Source: Candidatus Stercoripulliclostridium merdigallinarum (lineage in GTDB: Bacteria; Bacillota; Clostridia; Christensenellales; DTU072). Taken from it: a DNA stretch of 27,425 nucleotides. The position numbers and the translations under genes were made by a program. The first letter of the stretch is position 1; every line of letters begins with the position of its first letter. This document shows positions 25,298 to 27,425 of the stretch, piece after piece. A model generated the notes under the pieces. The model had not been told where the DNA came from. It made no database searches and saw only the letters and a program-made list of their open reading frames with translations. Where the stretch lies: assembly GCA_018714575.1 (NCBI GenBank), contig DVNF01000078.1:1-27425 (forward strand), read 5' to 3'.

Positions 25298-25607
25298 TTT
25301 TAATATCCTCCGTTTTAAGGTGGCGCGGATAGGATTTCGATATATCCTTTAACGAGATCAACATAGTTTCCAATATTGCGTCGGTTGCCGTGTTGTATTC
25401 GGATATTTCAAATTCCAATTTCCCTTCCGATTCGGATTCGGTTACCGCTACTGCCGCGACCTTCTTCAGTCCCAATACCGCGCCCTGCGTCAAAGCGCTG
25501 ACTGCGGCGCAAACTATGTCGCTGCCTTCCTCGGCATATCCGGTATGGCCCGTAGCCTTTACCTTATATATATGCCCTGCCTTCCTGGTAACCTTTACCG
25601 TGGTCAT
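25290..25607 (-). CDS. prp: Ribosomal-processing cysteine protease Prp (YsxB)
   Basis: TGHTGY (His) and DIVCAAVS (Cys); located between rplU and rpmA. Confidence 0.96.
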   Translation of the reverse strand: MTTVKVTRKAGHIYKVKATGHTGYAEEGSDIVCAAVSALTQGAVLGLKKVAAVAVTESESEGKLEFEISEYNTATDAILETMLISLKDISKSYPRHLKTEDIKND

Positions 25608-25610
25608 CGG

Positions 25611-25916
25611 CTATGCTTTGATTTTTACTATCTCGAGTTCGGTGTACGGCTGTCTGTGACCTTGTCTTTTACGGACGTTTTTCTTGGCTTTGTAGGTAAA
25701 GATATTGATCTTTTTACCTTTTCCGTTGCCAACGACCTTTGCGGTCACCGCAGCGTCTTTCACTGCTTCGCCCGCTTTGACGTCGCCGTCATCGACCAAC
25801 GCAAGCACCTCGAGTTCTATCTCCTTGCCGGCTTCCTCTTTCAGAAGCTCTACGCGAAGAGTGTCACCCTCGCTGACTTTGTACTGCTTTCCGCCGGTTG
25901 CGATTATCGCGTACAT
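25611..25916 (-). CDS. rplU: 50S ribosomal protein L21
   Basis: MYAIIATGGKQYKV...GHRQPYT. Confidence 0.99.
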   Translation of the reverse strand: MYAIIATGGKQYKVSEGDTLRVELLKEEAGKEIELEVLALVDDGDVKAGEAVKDAAVTAKVVGNGKGKKINIFTYKAKKNVRKRQGHRQPYTELEIVKIKA

Positions 25917-25924
25917 ATCGGTTC

Positions 25925-25992
25925 TACCTCCATTCAGGAACTCGCCGTAAAGGCGCCGTTTGCACGGACTTAAAGCCTCTTTCGAGCGGCAG
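25925..25992 (-). ncRNA. L21 leader
   Basis: CCGTGCAAA...CGCC-TTTAC-GGCGAGTT immediately before the GGAGG RBS of rplU resembles the conserved Firmicute L21 leader core. Ends are approximate. Confidence 0.7.
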
Positions 25993-25997
25993 ATATA

Positions 25998-26026
25998 ACT
26001 TTAACATAAAAATCAACGAATTGCAA
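25998..26026 (-). promoter_or_regulatory. Sigma-A promoter of rplU (TTGCAA-N17-TAAAGT, extended -10 TG)
   Basis: Minus strand reads TTGCAA ttcgttgatttttaTGt TAAAGT. Confidence 0.7.
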
Positions 26027-26146
26027 CAAAAATTCCGATATTATTTTATTTTTAATCGGAAAAGTTTTTCGTCGATTTTTTCACGGCTTTTTTATCCGCC
26101 GTATGCGGAAAACCTTAGGCGTACTTCGGCGTACTGCGGCGATTAT

Positions 26147-27424
26147 TTAAACCGCGGTATACGTGAAATCCCCGTCCGAAACGGCAATGCGGAAATGTCC
26201 CGCAGGCAAGTTGAACCTAAGCACCCTATCCGGAGCCGCCGTCGTAAACACGGGATAAGTCAACGTCAGCGTCAAGGACTTTTCACAGCAGATATAAAAA
26301 TCCAAACCTTTTTCGGTTTCCCTAAATCGGCGCACTTTGCAGGGCGCGCCGATAGCTTCGAACACTCTTTTACCCGAAACATTCAGCGATACCGATTCGT
26401 CCGTGACTTCGGTCTGTATGCTTTTACCGAACAACGTAACGCCGAAAACCGAATGTCTGCCGCCCGCTTTCGTGCCAAACCGCAAAGCAGGTTTCAAGTC
26501 TGTTCCGAAGTATTCCGTATCCAATATTTCCTGTACGCCTATCAACCCGATCAGGTTACCGGACAAAGAGTTTCGGGAGCCTTTCGGGTCTATTTTGTAA
26601 TTCGGCAACAGTCTGTCCGGCACAAAGCCGTAGCGCGTGAAATAGGCGGAATAGACGTTTGCCATGGCGCGTGCGAAAGCGGCTGCCGCCGTATCGGCGC
26701 CCTTTGAAACCAAGCCTTGATAGATAATATAATCGATCCCCGGCACAGCCGAACCCGTAAAATCCATATACGGCGCGGTATAGCTTAGTTTATCGAACAC
26801 CGGTTTTCCGTAGGCAGGGTGATCTGCGGAAACGGTGGGTACCGGAGCCTTTGTCCAAAACTTTTCCGTATCCTGCAAATTCAGTAACAGCGCGTCCAGG
26901 ACGTCTATCGAATTTACCGCAGAGGTGATCAGCGGCAAAAACGAAGCCGCGCCGTAAACACCGGTAAATCCTCCCGACAGGTACCTGTCCATATACAACC
27001 CCAGCCTTTCGTCGTAAAAACATTCGTTAAAGGATTTGACGTAGGCTTTGATGATATTATCCAGTTTCCGTTTATCTTCGATCTTATTTAAAACTGCCGC
27101 CGCCATGGATTTGATTTCCATTGCCAGCAGTTTATAAGTTGAAAATTCCAACGCGTAAACGGGTTCTCCGCCCAATATTTTCAACGGCGAGCCTGTCTGT
27201 TTATAAGCGATCTCGTTGCGGATCGAATCCGAAACGATCAAACCGTCGTCGATTTTAAAGGCTTCGCACAGCTTATCGTAGCCGTCTTCCAACAAAGCCT
27301 TATCGCGACTGCGAATAAAAGCCGTCCACAGCGCCAACGCTCCGAAAGCAGGTTCGCCGGCAAGCAACACCGCCCTGTCGCGATCGATTTCGCCTGCAAG
27401 CGCCGCCGCTATCACGCCTTCGGC
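26147..27424 (-). CDS. GH63/MGH1-like (alpha/alpha)6-barrel protein, N-terminus outside the window, catalytic motifs degenerate
   Basis: EPAFGALALW...DKALLEDGYDKL, FYDERLGLYMDR, ASFLPL, KFWTKAPVPTVSADHPAY and DYIIYQGL follow the order of MGH1/GH63 motifs. The frame is open to the window edge, so the GTG at 27415 is probably internal. Confidence 0.65.
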   Translation of the reverse strand, partial: AEGVIAAALAGEIDRDRAVLLAGEPAFGALALWTAFIRSRDKALLEDGYDKLCEAFKIDDGLIVSDSIRNEIAYKQTGSPLKILGGEPVYALEFSTYKLLAMEIKSMAAAVLNKIEDKRKLDNIIKAYVKSFNECFYDERLGLYMDRYLSGGFTGVYGAASFLPLITSAVNSIDVLDALLLNLQDTEKFWTKAPVPTVSADHPAYGKPVFDKLSYTAPYMDFTGSAVPGIDYIIYQGLVSKGADTAAAAFARAMANVYSAYFTRYGFVPDRLLPNYKIDPKGSRNSLSGNLIGLIGVQEILDTEYFGTDLKPALRFGTKAGGRHSVFGVTLFGKSIQTEVTDESVSLNVSGKRVFEAIGAPCKVRRFRETEKGLDFYICCEKSLTLTLTYPVFTTAAPDRVLRFNLPAGHFRIAVSDGDFTYTAV

Positions 27425-27425
27425 T

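Noticed and set aside
25019-25607. L27 N-terminal extension with a neighbouring protease
   Set aside because: This is the well-described Prp system of Firmicutes, so it is not novel.
1-27425. tRNA, rRNA, IS/transposase, integrase, prophage or defence genes
   Set aside because: No cloverleaf, rRNA, transposase, integrase or defence-system motifs were seen, and the intergenic gaps are short and largely explained.

Overview
Core-genome segment of an anaerobic Firmicute (Clostridia-like, inferred from Prp/L27 processing, L20 and L21 leaders, rnfCDGEAB order and sigma-A promoters). Nearly all genes are on the minus strand. In transcription order (right to left): a partial GH63/MGH1-like protein; rplU-prp-rpmA-ogg-NYN; infC(ATT start)-rpmI-rplT; trmH-yebC-proA-pfkA-pfp-FN3-like membrane protein; typA and a membrane-anchored tandem DUF1508 protein; D-2-hydroxyacid dehydrogenase-ppx-maf-divergent mreB-like; rnfCDGEAB; a single plus-strand MFS transporter; lysA; padR plus a partial membrane protein. 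I see no tRNA, rRNA, CRISPR array or mobile element. The most unusual signals are: (i) a six-unit 10-bp AGGA-rich array forming the leader of typA; (ii) an apparently leaderless rnf operon with a four-unit 7-bp array just upstream of its -35; (iii) an operon with two ASKHA-fold proteins (Ppx, MreB-like) that both have altered catalytic or metal-binding motifs; (iv) a GH63-like protein lacking its catalytic motifs; (v) adjacent ATP- and PPi-type phosphofructokinases; (vi) a terminator-like hairpin at the very start of the MFS transcript. All family calls are by-eye motif recognition, with no database searches run.
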